NCBI RefSeq assembly: GCF_018977255.1
Contig: NW_024704742.1
Location: 113,586,001-113,650,000 of the forward strand
Length of the DNA stretch: 64,000 bases
Direction: 5' to 3'
From: Callorhinchus milii
Taxonomy: Eukaryota
Shown: positions 35,997 through 48,889 of the stretch, piece after piece
Position numbering within the stretch: the stretch's first letter is position 1
Layout: each line of letters begins with the position of its first letter
Notes under the pieces: generated by a model
What the model was told of the DNA's origin: nothing
The model's database searches: none
What the model saw: the letters and a program-made list of their open reading frames with translations, nothing else
Program-made: the position numbers and the translations under genes

Positions 35997-38637
35997 CATA
36001 AGACCATAAAACCATAAGATGTAGGAGCAGGAGTAGGCCATTCGGCCCCTCGAGCTTGCCCCACCATTTAATAAGATCATGGCTGATCTTCTAACCTAAT
36101 TCCATTTACCTGCCCTATCCCCATATCCCTTAATCCCTCTATCTTTTAGAAGTCTATTAACCTCCTTCTTGAATATGTTCAAGGACTGAGCATCCACAGC
36201 CTTCTGGGATAGAGAATTCCACAAATTCATTACTCTGAGTGAAGAAATGTTTCCTCAACTCAGTTCGAAAAGGTTGACCCTTAATCTTGAGACTATGACC
36301 CCAAGTTTTAGATTCTCCAACCAGGGGAAACAGTCTCACGGCATCTACCCTGTCAAGACCCTTAAGAATCTTATAGGTTTCTATAAAATCACCTTCTAAT
36401 TCTTCTATATTCTAGAGAATATAGGCTTAGTTTACTCAACCTATCCTCATAGGTTAACCCCCTCATCCCAGGAACCAACCGAGTGAATCTACGCTGCACT
36501 CCCTCTAAGGAGGACACACAAAGGAGACCAAAACTGCACACAATATACTAGGTGCGGTCTCACCAAGGCCTTATACAACAGCAAGAAGACTTCCCTACCC
36601 TCTTGTATTCTAATCCTTTTGCAACGAACGCCAACATGGCATTAGCCTTCCTAGTTGCTTGCTGTACCTGCATACTAACTTTTTGTGACTGGTGTACAAG
36701 GGAACCCAAATCCCTCTGAACACTAACACTACCTAGTCTCTCCCTCTCGAGAAAATAATCTGCTTTTCTATTATTACTACCTCGGTGAATAACTTCACAC
36801 TTCCCCACTTTATACTACATCTGCCACCTTCTTGCCCAGTCACCTAGCCTGTCTATTCCCCTTTGAATTCTTCATGTGTCATCCTCACAGCTTATTCTCC
36901 CACCTATTTTTGTATCGTCCGCGAATTTAGATATATTAAGTTCTATTTCCTCATCTAAATCATTGATATAGACTGTAAATAATTGAGGCCCAAGCACTGA
37001 TCCTTGTGGCACTTCACTATCACATCCTGCCAATCTGAGAAGGACCCGTTTATCCCTGCTCTCTGTTTTCTTCCTGTTAGCCACTCTCCAATCCATGCAA
37101 ATATATTGCCTTTAATTCCATGGGCTCTAATCTTATGCAACAGCCTTTTATGTGGCACTTTGTCGAGTGCCTTCTGGAAATCCAAATACACCACATCTAC
37201 TGGTTCCTCCCTATCTAACCTGCTAGTTACATCCTCAAAAATCTCTATAAGATTTGTTAAACACGATTTCCCTTTCGTAAAGCCATGTTGCCTCTGCCTA
37301 ATCATGTTATCAGCGCCTTGGGATGTCCTCCCGACGTGAAAGTCATTCTATAAATGTAATTTTGTTTTTGTTATGATTTTCTAAGTACCCCACAATGACG
37401 TCCCTAATTAAGGACTCTAGAATTTTCCCTACCACCGATGTCAGACTAACTGGTCTATAGTTCCCCATTTTTTGTCTCCCACCCTTCTTAAATATTGGCA
37501 TTACGTTTGTGACCTTCCAATCAGTGGAACCATTCCAGAATCCAGAGAATTTTGGAAGATCAAAAATAAAGCATCCACTATCTTTGCAGTCACCTCTTTT
37601 AGAACCCTAGGATGCAGGCCATCAGGTCCAGGGGAATTATCAGGTTTTAATCCTATCAATTTCTCTAGTACTATTGCTTTACTAATGTTCATTTCTCTTA
37701 AGTTCCTCACTACCATTAGCTTCCAGGTTCCCCTCTATTTTCGATAAGTTTTCAGTGTCCTCTAACGTGAAGACAGAAGCAAAATAATTGTTTAATGACT
37801 CTGCCATTTCTTTATTCCCCATTATAATTTCTCCAGTCTCTGCCTGCAATGGACCCACATTCACTTTTAATAGTCTCTTCCTAAAAACTCTTACAATCTG
37901 TCTTTATGTTCCATTTTCTCCCTCTTAATCAGTTTCTTGGTTTTCCTTTGCTGATCTCTAAAGCCCTCCCAATCCTCAGGTTTACTGCTCTTTTTGGCAG
38001 TATTATAGGCCTCTTCTTTTAATTTTATACTTTCTCTAGTTAGCCAAGGTTGAACCACTTTTCCCGTGATATTTTTAGTTTTCAAGGGAATATGTGATCG
38101 CTGGGAATTATGTATTATATCTTTAAATGTTTACCATTGCTGGTCAAATTTTTTAAATCTAATTTCCCAGTCTATTCTAGCTAAATCTTCTCTCATACCT
38201 GCAAAGTTGGCTTTATTTAGATTTAAGACCCTTGCTTCGGATTCAACTATATCACTCTTTAACTTAATGTTAATTTCCATCATGTTATGGTCACTCTGCC
38301 CTAGAGGAGTCTTAACTTCCAGATTGCTGATTAGCCCTATTTCATTACACAAAACAAGATCTAGGATTGCCTGTTCCCTGGTTGGTTCCTCAGCAAACTG
38401 ATCTAGAAAACTATCTCTAATGCATTCTATGAACTCATCCTCTAATTTACCTTTGCCAATTTGGTTTTCCCAGGCTATATGAAGATTGAAATCACCCACT
38501 ATTAGTGTATTACCCTTGCTACATGCTCCTCTAATTTCCTGATACTGTACTCTAATACCCTACCCAATACTGTAATTGCTGTTTGGGGGTCTATAAACTA
38601 CTACCACTCGTGTTTTCTGCCCCTTGTTGTTTCATCT
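35997..38637 (-). mobile_element. CR1 LINE, ~2.6 kb, 5'-truncated, frameshifted ORF2 (APE endonuclease + RT)
   Basis: MGDFN..EEPTREQAILDLV..SDH (endonuclease), SPGPDGLHPRVLKE, QHGFTKGKSCLTNL, VYLDFQKA.DKVPH, VPQGSVLGP, KFADDTK. (CTTATGGT)-type tail at ~36000. Confidence 0.97.
37311..37368 (+). mobile_element. 58-bp L2 tail inserted into the CR1, TSD TGTTAT
   Basis: CAGCGCCTTGGGATGTCCTCCCGACGTGAAAG..TATAAATGTAATTTTG lies between TGTTAT at 37305-37310 and 37369-37374. Confidence 0.85.
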
Positions 38638-39479
38638 CGATTTTAAATTACAATAAACTCCAGATAACTATAAGGTCCCCTTTCAGTCACCTTGTCCCAA
38701 GACTGAAGAGTTTAGCTTGCCTAATCATTATTCATAATCTGGGTCAACAGAAAAGTGCGGCCGCAACCTTTCCATGGAACCCACGACAAATGCCACCCTC
38801 CGCTACAAACTCTACCCTCCGTTAAAAAACGCAACAAACCTGTAAAAATGCAGTGTTCTCTTTCCTCTGTATGTGGTGTGTGTGTTTGTGAGTGTGCAGA
38901 TTATTTTAGCTTCCTGTTCTTTCTTTTTAGAACAGGAATTGGCTGGCATACAGGGCCTAACTAAGCCAGTTGGTTATGTGTAGGCATAGTGAAACTAGCT
39001 ATTGCACCTCATTTATGAATCCCAACCTCCAGGTTGTAACAAGGCTCCACTGTATCACATTTTCAACCCCATTATTAGTTGCTTCAAAGAATGAGGCCAA
39101 CAATATTGTCTAAGATATTCTGCCAACTATGACTTAGTGAAATGATCTCAGCTATGGCAGCAGCTGATGTGTTACATTTGGTCTCAGTTTATATTTTAAC
39201 TTTTGTAGCAGAAATCGGCAGCAAAAACACAGAAGCCTTGATATTAGTGGCACTGTCAAAAAAAAACTTTTCATCAGATACTGTTGTTGGAAATTACTGT
39301 TTTTAGACAGAAAAGGAAAGAAGCTTGCATTTCTATAGCACCTTGTCATACAATCTTTTTTCGTCTAGCATTTCTTATGTTCTTATGCTAATACAATACA
39401 ATTTACATTTATACAGTGTCTTTCACATCGGGAGCATGTGTCAACGCGTTTGACAATGCTGGTTGGAGAGGTGAACTCA

Positions 39480-39880
39480 TCATATCGATACATCTCAAAG
39501 TTCACCAAATAATTACTGTCAAGTGTAGTGACTGGTTTTGTAGAAAAAGATGGGAGCAATTATGAACAGCAAAATCCCACGCAGTCATGAAGTGAAATAT
39601 CAATTTTATCTAGGGGGATAGTTGGCCAGAACACAAGGAGAAACTCCCTACACTTTTTGAATAGTGCCTTGGGATCTATAACATCCACCTGAACAGGCAG
39701 ATGTGATCTTGGTTTAATCTTTCATCCAAAGGATGGCATCTCAAACAATACTGCTCACTCCTACTACCCCTTTGGAGTGTCAGTCAGCATTGACTATGTG
39801 GGCTCAAGATTCCAACATGGGGCTTGAACCCACAATCTTCTGACTCAGAGGCAAGAGTGCTACAACTGAGCCAGGCTGCG
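39480..39880 (-). mobile_element. SacSINE1-like DeuSINE
   Basis: GGGGCTTGAACCCACAATCTTCTGACTCAGAGGCAAGAGTGCTACAACTGAGCCAGG head plus body. Confidence 0.85.
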
Positions 39881-39909
39881 TATCATCTAACTTAAGATTA
39901 CTGATCGGT

Positions 39910-40115
39910 GAAAATCTCCCTTCTCTTCTTGAGTCAGTTCATAGGAACATTTATGCTCATCTGAAAACAGGCAAATGGAACCCATGCCTCTTACAATGTA
40001 GAACTTCCCCAGTAGTGCACTGAAATTCAGCCTAGACTCTGAACATATGTCCCAATATGACACCTGAACTCACAACCTTCTACCCAGAAACAAGAGTGCC
40101 ACCTACTGAGCCTAA
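39910..40115 (-). mobile_element. Second, more decayed SacSINE1-like copy in tandem
   Basis: GAACTCACAACCTTCTACCCAGAAACAAGAGTGCCACCTACTGAGCC. Confidence 0.6.
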
Positions 40116-40479
40116 CAAACATATTGTGAAAAAAGAATTAATAAACAAGTATTGAAAAATTTGACGAAACAAACAACATTTATTTTTAAATCTACTTTAT
40201 TTCCTCCTGAACTCTTCAATAAGATTTGGGGGACACACACATTTAGATAACGAAACCTGTTGTGAGTTTCCACCAGATGTGGTTATAAGAAATGGATATC
40301 TGCAGTGAAGCAACACTAATTTTATATTTTAATATCTGAAAAATGGAAAATGCCAGAGATTTAGTCTTTATTTTAAACAATGCTATTGATTTCAAGAATA
40401 TTAATTATGGGAAGTGCCTGCCTTCTTGCTCACTGAGGCTATTAAGTGATCACCTTTCCATTAAATTTAAGTAGCCAGT

Positions 40480-40590
40480 TGACCTACATTGACCTCACTA
40501 CTATGAAAACGGTCAGACTAAAGGTCATTTATGTTCAGATTACAAAGGTTACAAAGGTTCAAGTGGAAAACAGACCAAAGGTGACCTTAA
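40480..40590. promoter_or_regulatory. Candidate nuclear-receptor response element cluster (DR4 + NBRE)
   Basis: TGACCT-ACAT-TGACCT at 40480-40495, AAAGGTCA at 40520-40527, and further AGGTTA, GGTTCA and AGGTGACCT half-sites. Confidence 0.45.
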
Positions 40591-42217
40591 TTACAATAGG
40601 AATCTTGTAATGTGCAGAATTTTCTACGTGTTCTCATGCATTAGAACACATAGGGCCTTATTGTGCAGCAACTGCTGAAAATAGACACCGGCTACTTGAA
40701 AGCTCATTACAAAACTCCTGTTCTGGAGGAGCTCTGGGACGATGTAAAGAACAAAGATAATTTTCAGCTCCTTCCTGGATGCTCTTTGACCACTGGGACC
40801 CAGTAGAGATGTGTGATGGAATCAACAGGATAGAATGGTTTTGGAAACTATGGCTTCAGAAGAGCACTCAGATGGGACACCAGATGTTGAAAACAGCACC
40901 AATGACGTCTCAAGATCGCCCCCTCCCCTTCCCATACCATGTTTGATCCTTCAATATTATCTGCCCTTCTTGTTTGTCTGACTCAAGATTTTGGTAGAGG
41001 ATTTGCAAAAGCTATGCAAGTTTGTGTTTGCCATGTCTGAGACATTAATGACAGTAATGACTGATCAATCTGTTAACTCTGATGCAACTTTCGATGTCAC
41101 CTCTTATGCTCTAAATTCATATAATCTAAACTGTCTAAACTGGCTAACAAATGGTAAGTCAGATAAGGAATCAACAAGAGGCAGCTGAAGAAGTAATTTT
41201 TTTCTTCCTCCAATACCTCAAGCTGCAGACAACAGCAACTTACACATCACAAAATCACAAGATTAGTTTGGATGAGGAAGGATCCTCAATCTCATCCCTC
41301 CAGAACACCTTCCCCCGTCACTGCATCAAGCTGCTTTTTAAATGAGTTATATAGCTCCATTTACACAAAAGAGTGTCTCACAGCAGTTAACAAATGAAGC
41401 AGTAGACCTTGACCAAATAGTGGTAGTAATTTAGAGTTGACCACATTCAGTCAAAGTTATGATAGGTTTTTAGAAGAAAGTCTGAAAAGAGATAGGAAGG
41501 CAATGGCTGTGGAAGTCAGTTCCAGAGTGCGAAGAGTGATGGTTGAATGCTTGGCTACTGATAGCAGAGCATAGATTATTCATCACCAGAGACTAAAGAA
41601 TGGAGAGTGCCGACTGGGACATAGTGCAAAAGGTTGGACTGCTAGGATGGAACTTAACATCTGTGTGAAACCTTGGGCTTTTACTGGAAATCTGGTATCT
41701 AATAAACATGCAAAGGCAGCATTTAATGACTTCATATTTGTGCAAATACACACTGGTAGCTTTACTTTAAGCACATAAACAGACATGTATGTATGCTAAG
41801 CATGATAAGGGAAAAAGGAATGATTTGCAAGCACGCTACATGCGAGGCACTGTCTTGGATCTCTGAAACTAAGAGCCTCAAAATCTTTTCTGCTGCTCCT
41901 CTCTGTACTCTCTCCAACACTCTATGTCGTTTTGATGGTAAGGGCTACAACATTCCAGCTCTGGTCTCACTAATAGCCTAATGAAGGTTAGAATTACTTC
42001 TGATGTCTTCTGGTATGTCCTTCAGATAAGCTATTATTTGATTAACTTTGTAGACAACAGTTTCTTATTGTCTGGAAATTTTCAATAAATAATTAATATT
42101 CAAATTGTTTTCTCTATTTCTGCTAAATGAATCACTCTATTGTGTTGTTTTGCTTTCTATCAGTGCAAAGTGATAGATTAGACTACACTGTTAAGTGGAT
42201 ACATATAAGTGTAAACT

Positions 42218-44115
42218 TACAGCTGTGTAAACTTAAGGTAAATAAATCTCAGGGACCGGATAAATTGCATCCAAGGATCCTTATGGAACTAAGCTGGCAC
42301 AACTCTTTCAAAAATCACTGAATACTGGAGAGGTGTCGGGGGACTGGAGAAAGGCAGATGTTACTCCTATTTTTAAGAAAGGTAACAAAAGTGACCCAGG
42401 AAACTACACACCAGTAAGTTTGATGTCCATTGTGGATAAAATTATGGAGACTCTTACTAAGGATAAAGTCATGGAGCATCTGGACAGAAATAAAATCATA
42501 AATAATAGCCAATATGGGTTCATGAAGGGAAGGTCTTGCCAATCTAATTTACTGGTTTTCTTTGACGGTGTGACAAGGGAGCTTGATAAGGGTAAGACTG
42601 TGGATGTTGTATATCTGGATTTCAGTAATGCCTTTGATACACTTCCTCTGAAGAGGTTGGTACTGAAAGTAAAGAAAGCGGGAATCAGTGGAGGTATATT
42701 ACAATGGATACGCAACTGGTTGACCGGAAGAACCCAGAGGATGGTGGTACAGGGAATGTCATCAGACTGGGAAACTGTTACCAGTGGAATTCCACAAAGG
42801 GTCTGTTTTGAGACCTCTTTTGTTTAATATTTTTATGAATGATCTGGAACTAGGAGTCACAAGCACAGTGACTAAGTTTGCAGATGACACCAAGCTAATG
42901 AAGATGGTAGATTGTGAAGCTGAACAAGATAGGTTAAAGGAAGATTTCAATATACTTGGGAATTGGGCAGATCAGTGGCAGATGAAATTCAATGTGGAGA
43001 AATGTAAAGTACTTCACATGAGTACAACATATCCTGGAAAGGATTATAATTTGAGCGGAAGGAAAATAATATGTATGGAAAATGAAAAGGACCTGGGGAC
43101 CTGATTGACAATAAATTGAAACTCTCCCAAGAATGCTCTGTGGAGGTGAATAAAACAAACCAGATGTTGGAATGTTATCAAAATAATAATAAATATAATA
43201 ATCCCTGAATTTGACATAGTGTTTTTCACGTCTTCCAGAGATCTCAAAGTGTTTCACAGAATATACTGTAAAGTAAATTAACTGTATATTTTGTGGGTGA
43301 AACGCGGCAGCCAATTGTGCACAGCAGCGTCCCGCAAACAGTCATGGATTGAAGTGACCAATTTATTATTGTTTTATTTCTTGAGGGATTATTATCAGGC
43401 GTGTGGAGTAAGGAAACTTGCCCAAGATTTCACCCTGCCGGGAATTGAACCAGGTCTCTCGCTTGTGAGGCGAGTGCTCTAACCACTGAGCTGCAGGACT
43501 CCAAAAGATCAATAGCAAGCCAAAATAGTTCGTTAATCCTGTCACTGTATAAATTATTGGTGAGACCATATTTAGAGTACTGTGTACAGTTCTGGTTGCT
43601 GCAATACAAAAGGGATATTGGAGAAATCGAGAAGATACTGAGGAGGGCAACCAAAATGACTGAGAGAATGAAAGATCTGGACTATGAAGAGTGACTAAGT
43701 AAATTAGGCATGTTCATGCTGGAAAAGAGAAGATTGAGAGGTGATATGATTGCTATCTTTAAGATTCTAAAGGGTCTAGACAATATAGATCATATTAACT
43801 TGTCCAGAGTAGTAAAATCAGAGGACACGGCCTGCGATTGAATGGGGGTAAATTCAGAACGAATCTACACAAACACTATTTCAGTGAGCGAATAGTGAAC
43901 CTATGGAACAGGCTCCCTAGGGAGACGGTTGAAGCAGCAAGTGTTGATTCTTTCAAACACAGATTAGACAGTTTTCTTTTAGGAAATAACATTATGGGAT
44001 ATACTACGTAGGGAGTGTGGGACATATGTACATGCGATCGCTAGGAAGGTGGAAGGCGAACTAGATGGACCTTGGTCTTTTTTTGTCTAGCATTTCTTAT
44101 GTTCTTGTGTTCTTT
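42218..44115 (+). mobile_element. CR1 LINE, 5'-truncated, frameshifted RT, interrupted by a SINE
   Basis: KSQGPDKLHPRIL, DWRKADVTPIFKKG, YLDFSNAFD, KFADDTKL, WQMKFNVEKCK. Resumes after 43502 (RPYLEYCVQFW). Tail GTCTAGCATTTCTTATGTTCTTGTG. Confidence 0.97.
43183..43502 (-). mobile_element. tRNA-headed Deu SINE subfamily A inserted in CR1
   Basis: rc GGAGTCCTGCAGCTCAGTGGTTAGAGCACTCGCCTCACAAGCGAG.. through to the (ATT) tail, with a short AAAA duplication at the junctions. Confidence 0.92.
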
Positions 44116-45109
44116 TGTATTGATACACAATTTTCAAGCAAATCTTTGAGTGTACTTTGTGCAAATTCTAAAAAGAAACACAAATTGCATATTTGGTTTA
44201 AATTGTATGTAAACTAAATTACATTTGCGGCTCACAGATATCTGTACAAGATCTAATATTCATCTCTAACTACCTAACGTCATGAAATATAAAAGGAACA
44301 TGGGCTGAATGTACTCTACATAAACAAAGCAAACAAGAACAGTTTGTTGGCTAATGGAAATAAAGCCAAGAGAGTTGGGCATCTGCATTAATATCTGGGC
44401 TCAGAGTGCATGATACAAGCTCTTTTATACACTGGTTGCATATTCCTGATATAAACAATATAAGACCTCAAATGTAGGAAGAAGTGGAAAAGTACAATAT
44501 TGCAAAGTCTGACTTGAACAGATGTGCATTTCTAAAGGAAGTGATTTTTACTCTATCAAAGCACAGACTTCAGCATGAATGCACACTACTTGTCTGAAGG
44601 CAACCCAGATCTGATGGCAAGGAAGTATAAAATCCTCTATTGTTGTTCATCTTGCATTAAACAAAATGGTTAAAAAAAAGAAATAAATGGTAGATTTATG
44701 AAGCAGGCACCTGTTAACAGGGTCTTTATTTCCAGCAAATTTCAACTATGGTACAATTAAAACATGTTAGTGACCAAGGCTGTCTCTGTAATCTTCTCAT
44801 TTTACAGAATAGCTCTATTTTATTATACCTAAAATTGACAGGAAGTAATTTTCAACAGGACTCATTTAATAAAACATCCAAGTTGAATTGTGGGTTGCCC
44901 ATTTGGAAAGTTAAGTTAATTATTGCAGCACCAACTTTGTTCTGAAGTCACGAACATACTAAACTAATTTGTTAATACAATATAGTGCCAGCTGAGTGGA
45001 GGGAGCAGGGTGGGGATTGGCTAATAAACCTTTGGTATTTTTTAATGTAGAGTACTTTCAACTTGTGTTTATTTTGTATCTAATAATGTTACGTAGCAGA
45101 GCTGAATAC

Positions 45110-45213
45110 TAAAACAAAAACAGAGATCACTGGGTCACACATCAGGTCAGGTAGCATCTATGGAGAAAGGAAAGTGGGTCAATGTTTCGGGTCCACGGCC
45201 TTTCGTCAGAATC
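45110..45213 (-). mobile_element. Penelope-like terminal module with decayed hammerhead
   Basis: rc TTCTGACGAAAGGCCGTGGACCCGAAACATTGACCCACTTTCCTTTCTCCATAGATGCTACCTGACCTG aligns with 22307-22405. Confidence 0.8.
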
Positions 45214-45324
45214 CATTTGTCAGTATTTTGTGTTTTTTTAGAGCTGAATACTAGCTGTACATTAACGTGATTATTCCAATGTCCTGCTCGCCGGACTCCC
45301 AAGTTCCTCCCTAGACAAGTTGCA

Positions 45325-45866
45325 GGCAATCAAGAACTCTGCAGCTTGTGTCTTCTCCGAAAAAGGCTGTGAGCCTATCACCCTCATCCTCGCTCGGCTT
45401 CACTGGCTCCCTGTCCTCCAGTGGATAAAATCAGTGGATCCTTGTCCTCATATTTCCATCCCTCCACTGTCTTGCTCCACCCTAGCTCTTTGAGCTGCAA
45501 CCCTATTACCTGGGCTACTTCCTTTGCTCAGCTAACTATTTCATTTTTTAACTGGAGCACTGACATATATGCAAATATATTTTAATTTAATGCTTGTGGC
45601 ATTGCCCAGCCCGATCCACCTCACTATGGGTCATCCATTTCAGCCATGCTGATCCCCTCCCCTCTCCGTACTTCCCTATCTTGCTTCACACCTTTGAAAG
45701 CCTATATTAAGACCTACTTTTTCAACACACACCCCAACCACGGTCCCTATCAGTTTCCCCCCAACTCCCCCCGTCCCCAGCTCAGATGTCCAGTCAGGAT
45801 GCTTTGAAAGGATGCTAAGAGATGTTCTTGTGATTTGAAAGGTGTCATAAATGTAAATTGTTGTGA
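45325..45866 (+). mobile_element. Degenerate L2 3' portion
   Basis: AACTCTGCAGC..CCTATCACCCTCATCCTCGCTCGGCTTCACTGGCTCCCT, with tail TGAAAGGTGTCATAAATGTAAATTGTTG. Confidence 0.8.
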
Positions 45867-46486
45867 TACAATTATATATTTCCTTAGAGTGAGGCATACA
45901 AACAGAACATATAAACATCTGGAACTAATTATCCACACAATCAAACTGAATATAAAACAGCCACACTCCCTCTTTGCATTTCTGGTTCAAAACATTCCTC
46001 ATTTGCATTCAGTAGCAATATATATATTTTATGTGCCTGAAATTTGAGCAACACCTCTGCTTTGGAAGGATTACAGGTTGAAACAAAACACATCTCTAGA
46101 AGTTTGATCTCCTTTTTTTTAAATCTGTCTTTTTGTGATGAAAAACAAGTTTTATGCTTTTCTTTCGTTTCCCCTACACTCTCCTGAAGGCACATTCTGG
46201 TTACAAATTGAGTACATTGGCCAAATGACCTCTTCGTACTCTATAATCTCTATGATTTTAGGATTATCGTAAGTACCCATTGGCATTGGCACAGCTTCAG
46301 TATCTCAGACGAGTGGTTAGTCTTCATATGGACGATGAGGTCAATGTTATGTGGAGTTCAAAACTGAATTGTACAATTTTTGCAACAGAAATAATGTATA
46401 TTTAGGTCTAACAACCCATCTGCAAATGTTTAATTTGGGTTAACCATGTGCAAACATATATAGGTGCTCTTAAGTATGTAATTAAC

Positions 46487-46640
46487 AATACAAATTCACA
46501 TTTATATAGTGCCTTTCACTGGGAAGGATGCCCCAAGGCACTTGACAGTCTTTGCTTGGCACCTGAGCTGACGATGAGACCCAAGGAGGGTGGGGAGGGC
46601 AAAGATGACTAAAGACGTGGTCAAAAAAGAGTTCTTGAGA
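46487..46640 (-). mobile_element. L2 3' end
   Basis: CAATACAAATTCACATTTATATAGTGCCTTTCAC..GGATGCCCCAAGGCAC, similar to 28858. Confidence 0.7.
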
Positions 46641-46939
46641 TATAACATATGGATTTCAGAATTACATGCAAGTCTTTTCAGCAGTTATTTACAACTCAAG
46701 GCACCTAGAATTCCTTCTGTGAAAAAAACATTTTGGGCACTTTTCAGATGTTGGCATATCGTAACTATACAAATAGCACAAATGTTATCGCTATTATCTC
46801 TTCTCAGTGATGTGGAACTACTTTAGAAGTACGCAAACAAATCCCAATTCTAACAGGATGGATTTAAATTCTCTGATATGGCCTAGACTTTAGTTTGACA
46901 TCAGTAGTGGATAAATCATTAGTTTTAATGAACTGCCTA

Positions 46940-47450
46940 ATGAACTGTTTTGGACACATTATAATAGGAAGGATGTCCAAGTCACAAAGAGAGAGTAGGG
47001 GAGATTCACTAAAAATGTCACGTTTTACTTATGAAAAGAGACTGGAGAAATTAGGTCTATTTCCCCTAGAACAAAAGGGTTATGTGAAAGCATGATACAG
47101 GTTTTTGAAATTCTGATGTATTTTGATAAAGTAAATAGGGAAAAATTATCTCCACTACTTGGTAAGCCAATAACAAACAGGGGTCAGATTTAAATATTTA
47201 CCAACAGAGTGAAGGGAGAAGTTAGGAGAACTGTTTTTACACAGAGGATGTAGAACGCCCTACCTGGAACAGTGGTTGAAACCAAACCCGTATTAGTTTT
47301 AAGAGGGAATTAGATAAGTTTCTGAAAAGATATACATATATATATGTATGTATAATAAAGCAAGAGAATGGCATTGAACAGTAGATTTTCAGAGAACCAG
47401 ACAGGCATCATGGGCCGAATGATCTGCTTCTGAGCTAAATTTTATGGTCC
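46940..47450 (+). mobile_element. CR1 3' fragment
   Basis: YEKRLEKLGLFPLEQ in ORF 46895, with tail CATGGGCCGAATGATCTGCTTCTG. Confidence 0.8.
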
Positions 47451-48194
47451 TTTGGATGCTGAAATTTATAAAGTTGTAGCGTTCTCTCACACTGAAAATG
47501 ACAGAAGGGATCCCAACAGTAGTTATCTGTGCGAATACACTGGATTGCAGTTTATGCTTAAAAGTGCTCCCTTCTGCTTTGGCCATCTGTATTACTGTGG
47601 AGCTTTTTTCTAAGCTGACTGTAAAAGCTTCTTTGTTTCAAGTTTGCAGCTGCATATGACTGAAGGGGTAGAAATTGTAAAATATAATTGCAAGATTAAT
47701 AAAAGTGCAATTTTAATTTCTACACATTGACAACATCTTTCATCATCAATATTGTTGTTGAATCCATGAAGCAAATACCTACAGGCACAAATGAGCTTCG
47801 TTCAGCCACTGCTGAGATGTAGTCCTCATTAGAGTGTCATATTGCCTTTCACCTTTATTCTTTCTGTTCATCCCAGTATTAAACGTTAGCTCAAAACAGA
47901 GATTCCTAAAGGGATTTGCTTTGGAGGGATAGCAACTTCCTAATTGGAAGGAACACTAAGGAGAAACTATAACTTTGACCTCAACCAATGCTAAAACCAC
48001 TTTGGCAGAAGTGGAATTGTCTTCATGTGAAGATGAATTGAGGAGAATCCCTTTGTTCTGAAATTTCTTTTGCTTAAACTTCTCTACAACTGCCATTATT
48101 TGTGTTTATGATGATACATAATGCCTGACGTATTTATTTTCTTCTGAAAACATTGCAAGAACGCACAACGACAAAGATGTGATGTGATTTTTCT

Positions 48195-48430
48195 GATCAG
48201 CCGAGTGTCTTAACAAATTTTGATCCCCATGATTAAGCAGTATCAAGCCCAAACTGAGATTACCACCTATATATGGAAATTCTTGGGTTTGGAATAGAAC
48301 GAGGACTCCCTCCAGAAGGATGTATTCTGCTTACCCAATTCTGGACCGTCCCAGGTGGAGGTTGCCAAGAACAAAGGATTGGGTGCCCATAATGTGTGGT
48401 GGGATACTGCTGGAGTTTAGCCAGCTAAGT
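48195..48430 (+). repeat. Unnamed interspersed repeat family X, copy 5
   Basis: GGATGTATTCTGCTTACCCAATTCTGGA..TTGGGTGCCCA..ACTGCTGGAGTTTAGCCAGCTAA closely matches 6277-6388. Confidence 0.8.
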
Positions 48431-48889
48431 GATGTGATCCAGTGAGAGAGACCAAAGGCCACCAATAGTTTTCTGAAACATCTTCCGAATTGAAAGTAGA
48501 ATTGGATATACGAGGGACAATACAGATTTTAAAATAACATATTGGTTTGCAAAACTAATTTTCTCTCATGACAGAAAAGCATGGACCTGGTCTGATGACT
48601 ATGATGGCATTTAGCCACTCGCCCACAAAATACACAATCACTACACTTCACTGTAATACAGTGAAGAGCTTTGAGAGGTCTTTCCAATATGAAAAGTGCT
48701 GTGTTAAAGCAAGGTTTATTATTTATTATTATGATTATTTAATGCCAGGAAACTAGCAAAGTTGGAGACTGCATCTAAAAGGGGAAAGTGATGCAGGTCC
48801 TTGCTGGAAAGATTTTTTTTAAAAGGACAGTCATCCCTCTAACTTTCTACTTCTATACTTTCCCATGCTACCTTAAGTTATACCACCAA

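Noticed and set aside
35997..44115. Reverse-transcriptase ORFs as an active element or novel RT system
   Set aside because: Both are ordinary 5'-truncated CR1 copies with frameshifts, stops and insertions, and no intact ORF2.
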